From Octopus sinensis (Eukaryota): 64,000 nt of DNA. How positions within the stretch are numbered: the first letter of the stretch is position 1; each line of letters opens with the position of its first letter. The notes beneath the pieces were generated by a model that was not told where the DNA came from, searched no databases, and saw only the letters and a program-made list of their open reading frames with translations. Positions 24,271 through 35,750 of the stretch are shown here, piece after piece. The stretch is taken from the NCBI RefSeq assembly GCF_006345805.1, contig NC_043020.1, positions 13,268,001 through 13,332,000 on the forward strand. The letters are read 5' to 3'. Both the position numbers and the translations under genes were made by a program.

Positions 24271-24459
24271 TAATAATAATAATAGCCGCCTCTGCTCCTC
24301 AGAGCCAACTATTCTCATAGGTTCACCATTCCAGCGTTCCCCAACCCCCTCATCATATCTCCACTCTTCTACCCTCTTAGTGTGTCCATCCCCCTTTTCC
24401 CCTCCCTCACCAACCACTATGTCCAAACCTTCATCTCCAGTACACCATACCCCCAGTAT

Positions 24460-25061
24460 ATCATCCCACTGGAATCTCCTACAGGTTATAGTAACCATCA
24501 CTTTGTATGAGTCATGCCAACTCACAAGGGCTGGTTTTCAGTTTCATGGCATATATATTCCTCCCCACCTGGATGGGATGCCAGTCCATCACAGAATTAC
24601 TCGCTTTTGCCTGCTGAGTGGCCTGGAGCAATGTGGAACAAAGTGTTTTGCTAAAGAACACAACACATTGCCCGGTCCAGGAATCGAAACCACAACCTTA
24701 CGATCATGAGTCCAACACCCTAACCACTAAGCCACCTGCCTCCACATATATTAGTATAAAATGATAAAATAAAATTTTAAGATTATTTATTACTATTTAG
24801 GCAGCAAGCTGGCAGAATTGTGAGCACACTGGGCAAAATATTTGGTGGTATTTTGTTTGTCTTTACATTCTGAGTTCAAATTCCACCAATGTTAACTTTG
24901 CCTGTCATCCTTTCGAGGGGTCAATAAAACAAGAACCAGTTGAGCACTGGGGGGGGGGGGGCTCAATGTAATTGACTTAACCCCCTCCAAATTGCTGGCC
25001 TTATACTCTTTACTCTTCTACTTGTTTCAATCATATGACTGCGGCCATGCTGGAGCACCAC
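24460..25061 (-). repeat. Right arm of the ~600-bp inverted duplication
   Basis: Reverse complement of 21581-22179. Confidence 0.9.
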
Positions 25062-25239
25062 ATGAGTCCAACACCCTAACCACTAAGCCACGTGCCTCCA
25101 CCACAGGTATTGACAGAGCATCAAGATTTTCAACCTCACTAGTGCTGGACAACTTTAAAAAGTCAAGGGCCCTGCTCCTTCCTTCAGGAGCAGCAAAAAT
25201 ATTAAAGAAAAAAGACTACAGAAAAACGGACAACAGATT

Positions 25240-25468
25240 TTAACTCTTTAGTGTTCAGATTACTCTGTTAAATGTCATACTTTTCCACTCAAATCGTTTT
25301 GAATTAATCCTGGATCATCTTACAGCTTTGAGGTTTCAATGATGTGATTACTTATTTTTAGAATGGCATTGTAGGTTAGGTGTGAGAGGCTAGATATAGT
25401 CAGTTTGAATATAAAATATGTAGAATATATTGGGCCGGATTTGGCCAGTTTAAACACTAAAGGGTTAA
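25240..25468. mobile_element. piggyBac-type MITE family 1
   Basis: TTAA flanks, AGGG|TTAA right end, body matches 5085-5457. Confidence 0.75.
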
Positions 25469-25549
25469 AGGAATGATGATTGATTGTAAAGAGGGCTCCA
25501 GATGTAAATTCGTAACATAATTAAATTGGCTGGTGAAAGTATTGAGGTT

Positions 25550-25950
25550 TATCTTTCCTTCTTGGGACACAAAACTCTACTTGTGAAGACCTGTTGAGGC
25601 AAGTGAAAATCAAAATCGAAATCGATCAACATTAATGGAAATTGTAGTTGTGATACCAGTGCCGGTGGTATGTAAGAGAACCATCCAAACGTGGCCATTG
25701 CCAGTGCTGCTCCAACTGGCCTCCGTGCAGGTGGCACGTAAAAAGGACCATCCGATCGTGGCCGTTGCTAGCCTCGTCTGGCACCTGTGCTGGTGGCACG
25801 TAAAAAGCACCCACTACACTCACGGAGTGGTTGGCGTTAGAAACATTGCCAGATCAGACTGGGCCTGGTGCAGCCTTCTGGCTTCTCAGACCCCAATTGA
25901 ACCGTCCAACCCATGCTAGCATGGAAAGCAGACGCTAAACAATGATGATG
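25550..25950 (+). mobile_element. RTE 3'-UTR fragment
   Basis: Matches 56705-57241. Confidence 0.85.
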
Positions 25951-26346
25951 AAAATGAATGGGGGCTTAGATTAATTGATGGAATAAAGGTGGATTTAACA
26001 ATGTAATTAAGTGTCTTAATTCACTGACATAATAAATCTTGATTTCATTTAATCTTCGCTGATTTTATTGATGCCATATTGCAGTCAGTATGTTTCTCTT
26101 TGTGTGTTTATTTTTAAGTGTCTATGTTTACCTTGGGGTCAAGACATTTGCCTTAGCTGGGTGTTGGTGTGTATAGGAGGACAAGGGGCCAGGACAGGAC
26201 GGTAATGGTCAGTCAGTTGGTGCTCTGTAAAGGAGGACATTGAAAATAAAAGTTTTACAATAAAGGCTTGTCACTTTGTTCATAGTTCAAGGTGTGTAAC
26301 CCTTTAGCATTCTGAAGTACACAACGGGAGCACCACAAAAGATAGG

Positions 26347-27077
26347 TTAACCCTTTAGCGTTTAAACTGGTCATATCTGGCCAAAATATTCCACCTGTTT
26401 TAGGTTCAAACTGGCCAGATCTGGCCTCTCACACCAACCCGACAATATCATTGTAAAAATTAATAGTTATAGGCGCAGGAGTGGCTGTGTGGTAAGTAGC
26501 TTGTCTACCAACCACATGGTTCCGGGTTCAGTCCCACTGCGTGGCTCCTTGGGCAAGTGTCTTCTACTATAGCCTCGGGCCGACCAAAGCCTTGTGAGTG
26601 GATTTGGTAGACGGAAACTGAAAGAAGCCCGTCGTATATATATATATGTATGTTTGTGTATATGTTTGTGTGTCTGTGTTTGTCCCCCCAACATCGCTTG
26701 ACAACCGATGCTGGCGTGTTTACGTCCCCTTAACTTAGCAGTTCGGCAAAAGAGACTGATAGAATAAGAACTAGGCTTACGAAGAATAAGTCCTGGTGTC
26801 GATTTGCTTGACTAAAGGCGGTGCTCCAGCATGGCCGCAGTCAAATGACTGAAACCAGTAAAAGAGTAAAGAGTTACCTCATTGAAATCTCATAGCTACA
26901 AGATAATACATGATTAATTCAAAAGCAATGTAATCTGGCGAGATCTGGCCTCTCACACCAACCCTACAATGTCATGGTAAAAATTAATAGTTACCTCATC
27001 AGAATCTACAAGATTATAAATGATTAATTCAAAACAATTATATTTAACAGAGTAACCTGAATGTTAAAGAGGGTTAA
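26347..27077. mobile_element. MITE family 1 interrupted by SINE-A
   Basis: TTAA|CCCTTT...GGG|TTAA; SINE-A at 26470-26872. Confidence 0.75.
26470..26872 (+). mobile_element. SINE-A full length, young
   Basis: Complete and CpG-rich. Confidence 0.9.
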
Positions 27078-27184
27078 ATATTCCGATTAGTTTTTAATCC
27101 TCTATTAAAACTCTGTCTGAGGCTTTTATCTCCTGTCCAGTCGAAAAAGAATTAACTGCTGTAATATATGTAGGTCACTCTCCC

Positions 27185-27515
27185 CACGCATGGCTCAGTG
27201 GTTAGAGCGGCGAGCTTACAATCGTGAGGTTCTGAGTTCGAATCCCGGACCGGGCTGCGTGTTGTGTTCTTGAGCAAGACACTTTATTTCACGTTGCTTC
27301 AGTTCACTCAGCTGTAGAAATGAGTTGCAACATCATTGGTACCAAGCTGTATCGGCCCCTTTGCCTTTCCCTTGGATAACACTGGTGGCATGGAGAGGGG
27401 AGGCCGGTATGCACGGGCGACTGCTGGTCTCCCATAAAACAACCTTGCCCTGACTTGTGACTAGGAGGGTAACTTTCTAGGTGCAAACCCATGGTCAGTC
27501 ATGACCGAAGGGGGT
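27185..27515 (+). mobile_element. SINE-C (tRNA-like head, CORE-like centre, hairpin tail)
   Basis: tggctcagtggttagag (A box), gagttcgaatccc (B box), ggtcagtcatgaccgaagggggt tail. Confidence 0.85.
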
Positions 27516-27679
27516 CCCGACCCCTGACCGACTCTCCCCACCCCAAACTGACGAAGTAGGTGGAGTCAATGTTTGTTGCCATCTGCTGTAGGAAGAACAT
27601 GGGCAAGGGGGACATCCCAGAGGTGTTTCGTTTTAGGGTGGAAGGATTGGTCTTCGTATTAAGTGTTGGGTGAGGCCAA

Positions 27680-28290
27680 TGAAGGCACCTGGCTCTGTGG
27701 TTAGAGTTTTGGGATCACAATCATGAGGTAGGAAGTTCACTTCCCAAACTGGGCTGCGTGTTGTGTTCTTGAGCAAGAGACTTTATTCCACATGGCTCCA
27801 GTTCACTCAGCTGTGGAAATGAGTTGTGACGTCACTGGTGCCAAGCTGTATCAGCCTTTGCCTTTCCCTTGGATAATTTTGATGGCATAAGGGGAGGTTG
27901 GTATGCATGGGCAACTGCTGGTCTTCCATAAACAACCTTGCCTGGACTTGTGCCTCAGCGAACTTGCTAGGCGCAGTCCCATGGTCATTCATGACCGAAG
28001 AGGGTTATGGAGGTGGGAGGCTGGTATAAATGGGTGACTGCTGGTCTTCCATAAATATCTTTGCTTGGACTTGTACTTCAGAAGGGAACTTTCTAGGTGC
28101 AATTCCATGGTCATTCACGACTGAAGGGGGTTTTACCTTATGTACATATAATAGCATGGAGGTGGGAGACTGGTATATATGGGTGACTGCTGGTCTTCCA
28201 TAAATAACCCTGCTTGGACTTGTGCCTCGGAATGGAACATTCTAGGTGTAATCCCATGGTCATTCATGACTGAAGGGGGTCTTTACCATT
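27680..28290 (+). mobile_element. SINE-C with triplicated 3' tail
   Basis: Tail module ends at about 27985, 28135 and 28285. Confidence 0.75.
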
Positions 28291-28321
28291 TTGCAGGTGA
28301 AGCCAAGGTGTTAGAAATGAA

Positions 28322-28555
28322 AGGCGGCTAGCTGTCAGAACCGTTAGCACGCCGGGCGAAATGCTTAGCGGTATTTCGCCTGCCATTACGTTCTGAGTTC
28401 AAATTCTGCCGAGGTTGACTTTACCTTTCATCCTTTCGGGGTCAATTAAATAAGTACCAGTTACGCACTGGGGTCGATATGATCGACTTAATCCATTTGT
28501 CTGTCCTTGTTTGTCCTCTCTGTGTTTAGCCCCTTGTGGGTAGTAAAGAAATGGG
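28322..28555 (+). mobile_element. SINE-B full length
   Basis: Complete structure. Confidence 0.85.
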
Positions 28556-28868
28556 ATAAAGGGAGAGGGGTGCAAGTTCATCAGATGAGCTAGGTGGTAA
28601 ATAACTTTTTCCAATTGAGAGAAGTAGACTCTGTTGTAGGGGTAGAATTGGGTGGAGAGGACACAGCACTTAAATGTTTATAGCCACAAATGATTAATTA
28701 TTCTTAGTTATGGTGGGCCTGGGATGGATGTGTCTGACAGTAGCAGCCACATAGGTGTAGTTCTGTAGCGTGGGGTCACAGCTGGATTGTGCAGAGGGTC
28801 GACCACTGATCAGATGTAAAGGATTTCAATGAAAGTAGTTTTGGCAGTGTTCTATATATTTGTGTGGT

Positions 28869-29251
28869 GGAGGCGCAGTGGCCCAGTAGTTAGGGCAGCG
28901 GACTCGCGGTCGTGGGATCGCGGTTTCAATTCCCAGACAGGGCATTGTGAGTGTTTATTGAGCGAAAACACCTAAAGCTCCACAAGGCTCCTGCAGGGGG
29001 TGGTGGTGAACCCTGTTGTACTCTTTCACCACAACTTTCTCTCTTTCTTCCTGTTTCTGTTGTACCTGTATTTCAAAGGGCCAGCCTTGTCACACTCTGT
29101 GTCACGCTGAATCTCCTTGAGAACTACGTTAAGGGTACACGTGTCTGTGGAATGCTCAGCCACTTGCACGTTAATTCCACGAGCAAGCTGTTCCGTTGAT
29201 TCGTATCAACCGGAACCCTCATCGTCGTAACCGACGGAGTGCTTCCACCAC
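28869..29251 (+). mobile_element. SINE-E full length, flanked by a 173-bp direct repeat
   Basis: tRNA-like head ggaggcgcagtggcccagtagttaggg...ggtttcaattccc; flanks 28696-28868 and 29252-29424. Confidence 0.8.
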
Positions 29252-30346
29252 AATTATTCTTAATTATGGTGGGCCTGGGATGGGTGTGTCGGACAGTAGC
29301 AGCCACATAGGTGTAGTTCTGTAGCGTGGGGTCACAGCTGGATTGTGCAGAGGGTCGACCACTGATCAGATGTAAAGGATTTCAATGAAAGTAGTTTTGG
29401 CAGTGTTCTATATATTCGTGTGGTTGGTATGAGAGATTTGTTTTATACACCCTGCTGATAGCAGCGAGATATCGGTGTCGAGAGAAAGACAGGATGCCTA
29501 AATATTCCGTTGAAAGAAAACAAGGAAGTGAAAAGCCAAAATAAAACAAATTTTGGTTTGAAGAATTTCTCCAACTGTTCTACAGATGCTGGGTTGAAAA
29601 GGTGACTGTGGAGTGAAATAAATAAGAGCTAAAACCTTGCTTCTATTTGTATGAAAATAGTTAAGTTAGTATTGGAAATATTTACTGTTTGCTCTATAAA
29701 TATTTATTATGGTAAATCTCTTAGTCATTCCACCCATAGCCACCACCTCCCACATTGGTTTGATGAGAAAATTGCTAGAGACTTTATATTCTTATAGTGT
29801 ATCTTCAACAAGTACCATCTCTCTCTCTCTCTCTCTCTCTCGCTCTCTTTCTCTCGCTCTCTCTCTCTCTCTCTTTCTCTCGCTCCCCTCCTCCCTCTCC
29901 CACTCTCCCTGTCCCATCTTACTCCCCATAGAAAGAGATAAAGTCACCCACTGCAAGTTGATAAAACACTCCTCAATGTTTATAGTGCTCCCACTGCTTA
30001 CAGCTCTGCTCTCTCACACCCTGTAGTTGCAGGTTGTTGAGAATCAAGAGCCTTTGGTTTGTAGACACTGTTAGAGGTAGAGTTTGAACCATGATCTTTT
30101 GTCATGTAATTTGGAACCAGCACCACCATCACATCATCATCATTTAATGTCTGTTTTCCATGCTGGCATGTTTTAGATGGTTTGAGCAGAGCTGGAGTGG
30201 TTTCTACAGTGGGATGTCCTTCCTAGCACCAACAACTTTACAGAACGTGCTGGGTGCCTTTTACGTGTCATCGGCATGATTGCCTGTCATTTCTTGGTCT
30301 TATTAAAGACTTTTATATTAATATGTGAAGGCACATGGCTCAGTGT

Positions 30347-30680
30347 GAAGGCGCATGGCTCAGTGGTTAGAGCGTCGAGCTTACGATCGTGAGGTTGTGA
30401 GCTCGAATCCCGGACCGGGCTGCGTGTTGTGTTCTTGAGCAAGGCACTTTATTTCACGTTGCTCCAGTTCACTCAGCTGTAGAAATGAGTTGCGACGTCA
30501 CTGGTGCCAAGCTGTATCGACCTTTGTCTTTCCCTTGGATAACACTGGTGGCGTGGAGAGGGGAGGCTGGTATGCACGGGCGACTGCTGGTCTTCCATAA
30601 ACAACCTTGCCCGGACTTGTGTCTAGGAGGGTAACTTTCTAGGTGCAATCCCATGGTCATTCATGACCGAAGGGGGTCTC
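30347..30680 (+). mobile_element. SINE-C full length, preceded by a ~21-bp head duplication
   Basis: gaaggcacatggctcagtgt-gaaggcgcatggctcagtggttag. Confidence 0.85.
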
Positions 30681-30829
30681 AAAAAAAAAATAGTGATATT
30701 CAAGAAATCTGAAATGTTGTTGTTGTTCTCAAAGACTGGTTCCTTAAAATAGAATTCTCCAGTCGTTGCCATTATGGAAAACAGATGTTAGATAATAATG
30801 ATGATGAATTGTTTTTATAAAGTAAAGAA

Positions 30830-31190
30830 GTATAAACTTTCTTGCTTCCCAATCACATGGTTTTGGGTTCAGTCCCACTGCATGGCACCTTGGGAAAGTG
30901 TCTTCTACCATAGCCTTGGGCTGACCAAAGCTTTGTGAGTGGATTTGGTTGACAGAAACTGAAAGAAACCCATTATGTGTGTGTTGTGTGTGTTTGTCTC
31001 CCTATCACCACTTGACAACTGGTGTTGGTGTGTTTATGTCCATGTAACTTAGAAGTTTTTTACAAAAGAGACCAATACAATAAGTACTAGGCTTAAGAAA
31101 TAAGTCCTGGGGTCCAATAGTTCAATTAAAACCCTTCAAGGTGATGCTGTAGCATGGCTGTAATCAAATGACTGAAACAAGTAAAAGAAT
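30830..31190 (+). mobile_element. SINE-A, degenerate
   Basis: Head and tail motifs recognisable. Confidence 0.7.
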
Positions 31191-31672
31191 AAATGAACTT
31201 AAATATCTCTTAACCATTATTCTACAAAATACCCACAAAACCTTAATTCTTCAACATTTGTTGATTTAACCCTTTCCGGAATTAGAGCCAAGAACTGAAT
31301 TCTCATTCTGTCTGCAATGGCATATTTGTGTGAATCTGGATTCGATTCTGTTTTGTTAATGAAGGCAGAAATCTCAGAATCACTGATTCCACAGACAGAT
31401 CCATGGATCCCAGTCAGTAGGAAAGTTCCCAGGATTTGCTGAAGTCAGAATTGAGAAACCGGAACCAAAAAGTCTTTCAATTTTAGGTTCGCAATTGTCA
31501 TGGATTTCACTGTTTTCTTTAGGTTGCTCTGCTCTCCCTCCCATCTCTCTCCCTTCCTTCCTCTGCCCCCTCTTTCCTTCCTTCTCCTGTCTGTTTCTCA
31601 TCCCCCTCCTTCTCCTCTCTGTTTCATTCATGTCCTCTCTCTCTTTCTCCTCATGTCTCTGTCTCATCTCTT

Positions 31673-31710
<38 letters not shown>

Positions 31711-31840
31711 GCCCACTTTACTAATTCTTCTATTTTAACAATTCCCAACATTTAATGGCCATTTCCACTTGAATATTCTCTCATCTATTACCATGACAAC
31801 AGTTCCTTTTGATCAATTACAATTCAGAAATTAATTCCAC

Positions 31841-31868
31841 AATTTTTCTACCTAACCTAGAGGTGAGT
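31841..31868 (+). promoter_or_regulatory. Candidate juxtaposed splice sites (ctag|AG|gtgagt)
   Basis: tttttctacctaacctag then AG then gtgagt. Confidence 0.3.
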
Positions 31869-32052
31869 ATAATACTTGATAAAAGTCATGGTAAATTGTA
31901 ACCATATTGGCAAGGCATGAATGTCACAAAATCGCTCCAAATTTCTCAATTTGTTTCATTATTCTTTTAATTAGTTCTACCATAAAAGTAAGAATTGGTT
32001 ACATTCATGCTTATCCAAACAGAATAATCCAAGCATTAAAAGTTGCTTCCAC

Positions 32053-32470
32053 AGGTGCAGGCATGGCTGTGTGGTAAGAAGCTTGCTTCCCGATTGCATG
32101 GTTCCAGGTTCAGCCCCACTGCATGGCACCTTAGGTTAGGGTCTTCTACTGTAGCCTTGCGCTAACCAAAGCCTTGTGAGTGGATTTGGTAGACAGAAAC
32201 TAGAAAAAGCCTGTTGTGTGTGTGTGTGTGTGTGTATATATACACACACACTCTTTTACTTGTTTCAGTCATTTGACTGCAGCCATGCTGGAGCACCGCC
32301 TTTAGTCGAGCAAATCGACCCCAGGACTTATTCTTTGTAAGCCTAGTACTTATTCTATCGGCCTTTTTTGTCGAACTGCTAAGTTACAGGGATGTAAACA
32401 CACTAGCATCGGTTGTCAAGCGATATTGGGGAGAAAAACACAGACACACAAACATATACTCATGCACACA

Positions 32471-32512
<42 letters not shown>

Positions 32513-32665
32513 CGACGGGCTTCTTTCAGTTTCCGTCTACTAAATCCAGTCACAAGGCTTTGGTCGGCCCGAGGCTACAGTAGAAGACACTTACCCAAGT
32601 TGCCACGCAGTGGGACTGAACCCAGAACCATGTGGTTGGTAAGTAAGCTACTTACCACACAGCCA
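32053..32665. mobile_element. SINE-A head (+) followed by full SINE-A (-)
   Basis: + head 32053-32220; - copy ~32250-32665. Confidence 0.8.
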
Positions 32666-33054
32666 CTCCTATGCCCAGTCTACTTCTCTAAACTAGGGGG
32701 TCGGGGCTGTCAAGGACTTGGTGTTAGAAAGCCTGAGCAATGACATTGCCTCAGTCTTGAAGATAAAACAGAGAAACTTTCGGTCGCCATCAGTGATTTT
32801 GCCTTTGAGTCATAGGTCAACAGTAAGTCCGACTACCAGAAGCCCTTCTTGTTGAGGTTTTTAATCTACAGTTTGAAATCTGAGGTAGTCAGAGTTTACG
32901 AAATGGCTTGACTGAGGACTCAATCCAATTTCGCTAAAGACTTGATTTGCTGGAAAGTTATTTATAATTTATTGCTTTTATAAAATGATTTTGCTTAAAT
33001 GTTCATTGAAATAATATTCATGTCCGATTTCTGTTTACATTTTTATTAAATAAT

Positions 33055-33175
33055 GTCTTTTTTTTCTTTTTCGTTCTAGGTAAGTGGAAAATTTTTTATT
33101 TTCAACAATGTGCTCAAAGAGAGAAAAAAATAGTGGAAGAAACTTTTGTGTATTTCTTGGTCAAGTAGCGTGAGT
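33055..33175 (+). promoter_or_regulatory. Candidate recursive splice site (AG|GTAAGT) with 90-nt cryptic exon
   Basis: Long polypyrimidine tract, ctag at 33076-33079, gtaagt at 33080-33085, downstream gtgagt at 33170. Confidence 0.55.
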
Positions 33176-33824
33176 TTTTGGGTTTGTTTCTCGAATCTCT
33201 TTTAATGAACCTATTCAGTGCTATGCCCTTCACTGGATTCAACATATTCATCTTGTATTGGTGTTTTTTGGGGTTTTTTTTTTGCTATTGTTCCTCTTGG
33301 TTTAAACGAAAAAATTTTTCTCTATTGTCTGTGTATGAAATAATGTGTGTGTGCATGTATGTGCATTATATAGGTGTGTTTATGTATCTATGTGTATGTG
33401 TGTGTATTTGTGTATGTTGCTATTGTAATCTTGTCTTCTTAAACCAGAGTAGGAGAATTTTTCATAAAATACATAAAAAAAACAGAAAGAAAAAATGCAA
33501 ATTTAATTGTCCTTCCCATCTTAATTCCATTTTGATGTAAGACCTTGTTGAAACTTTATTTACTTCAGCTTGAAAAAGAAATTAACCATTCTATTCCAGG
33601 AGTGAAGATATTAACTCCAGTTTTTAAGGAATTTTTTATTTTTTATGAACTCATCAGGTTGTGTGAGAAAAATCTATTGTTGAAAAGTTATGTTCTCTCT
33701 TAGATTCTGCAACAGTAAGTCTGAAGCTATTGTCTAGAGTATGGAATGGTTAAAAGCAACTGAACGATTTTCTAATGGAACAGAAAATCTCATAAATCTC
33801 TTAGTAGAATTTTTTAAAGAATTT

Positions 33825-34435
33825 AACCCATTAGCTTTGGAATTACTCTGTCAAATGTAATGCTTATTTATTCATATTGTTTTGAATTAATCAAGCACTA
33901 TCGTGTAGCTTTGAAATTTCAGTGGCTTACTCTTCACTCTTTTACTTGTTTCAGTCATGTGACTGCGGCCATGCTGGAGCACCGCCTTTAGTCGAGCAGA
34001 CCGACCCCGGGACTTATTCTTTGTAAGCCTAGTACTTATCCTATCGGTCTCTTTTGCGAAACCGCTAAGTTACAGGGACGTAAACACACCAGCATCGGTT
34101 GTCAAGCAATGTTGGGGGGACAAACACAGACACATAAACACACACATATATATACATATACATATATATGACGGGCTTCTTTCAGTTTCCGTCTACGAAA
34201 TCCACTCACAAGGCTTTGGTTGGCTCGAGGCTATAGTAGAAAATACTTGCCCAAGGAACCATGTGGTTGGTAAGCAAGCTACTTACCACACAGCCACTCC
34301 TATGCCTATATTGCTTGCATATTTGTATAATGATATTGTAGGGTAGGTGTAAGAGGCAAGATCTGGCTGGTTTGGACATAAAAGAGGTAGAATATTGTGG
34401 TTGGATATGGTAAGTTTAAATGGAAAAGAATTAAG
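33825..34435. mobile_element. MITE family 1 interrupted by SINE-A (-) at 33927-34306
   Basis: MITE body resumes after the SINE head. Confidence 0.7.
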
Positions 34436-35193
34436 AAATCCTTTCAGCTTTGGAGGAATACTTCCTCCAACTTTTTTGACATAGTAGCGTTTTTTCATTA
34501 CTACTGCTGCTGTTGTTGTTGTTGTTAAGCAACAAGACGGGTAAGGGTGATTAGGTGATGGTCTAAGGCAACATTGAGCTCAGCATTGATGCCAAATAAT
34601 AGGATGATATATAGAACACTCACACTGTAAGCAAAAATGAGGTGTACCTGCTCATGGCACTTATTTACAGCAGGTGAATTCTGGCCATCATGACTTACAT
34701 TTCTCAACCAGCAATGGATTAACAGTCGGCAGTAATCCATGGTTGATATATAAATGGCAACCTGAGATTGTTTAGTCTCTTGTGCCCACTGTATTGTGGA
34801 ATAATCTTAAGACTGGTGAAATCCATGGCATACATGGACAAAATAGTTGGAACATCTCATGTTACATACATACATACATACACACACATACATACATACA
34901 TACACATACATACATACATTCATTCATTCATTCATTCAGGTTTACATCTATAATTATTGGGGCACTGAGATATGTAACACACTGCCTAAATACCAATCTT
35001 GAGAAATTAAGCTTCTCAAAACCAGAAAGGAGAAAGCTGATTCAAAGACTACAGATCCAAGCCATCACTGGAACTGTAAAAATCTGTAAAACTTTCCAGA
35101 AGTTTATCATTTAAGTATATATGTGCATGTCTAGACATGCAACTATATGCATGGGAATACATACGTAAAACAAAACATACAAATCTGCACATA

Positions 35194-35237
<44 letters not shown>

Positions 35238-35349
35238 AAAAATACCCTGTTGTTGATGTTGAAATTCCAATGAAGGAGCCTCGGATCTATGTTAGAAACT
35301 GGCTCTTTCTCTGTTGGCAAGAAATCTTGGAATAAAACTGAATAATGTC

Positions 35350-35750
35350 ATGCACAGGAGTGGCTGTGTGGTAAGTAGCTTGTTTACCAACCACATGGTT
35401 CCGGGTTCAGTTCCACTGCGTGGCACCTTGGGCAAGTGTCTTCTACTATAGCCTCGGGCCAACCAAAGCCTTGTAAGTGGATTTGGTAAACGGAAACTGA
35501 AAGAAGCTCGCTGTATATATGTATGTGTGTGTGTATGCGTGTATGTTTGTGTGTCTGTGTTTGTCCCCCTAGCATTGCTTGACAACTGATGCTGGTGTGT
35601 TTATGTCCCTGTCACTTAGCCGTTCGGCAAAAGAGACCGATAGAATAAGTAGGCTTACAAAGAATAAGTCCCGGGGTTGAGTTGCTCGATTAAAGGCGGT
35701 GCTCCAGCATGGCCACAGTCAAATGACTGAAACAAGTAAAAGAGAGAAAA
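35350..35750 (+). mobile_element. SINE-A full length
   Basis: Complete structure. Confidence 0.85.

Noticed and set aside
26835-26865. SINE-A tail cagtcaaatgactgaaacaagta as a hammerhead 3' half
   Set aside because: No CUGANGA core or stem I upstream; better explained as a LINE-recognition stem-loop.
27185-27260. tRNA-like sequences with A and B boxes (also 28869, 30347, 21895 and all SINE-A heads)
   Set aside because: No complete cloverleaf; they continue into SINE bodies, so they are SINE heads rather than tRNA genes.
31380-31520. Protein-like frames on both strands
   Set aside because: No convincing splice-site pair and no recognisable homology.
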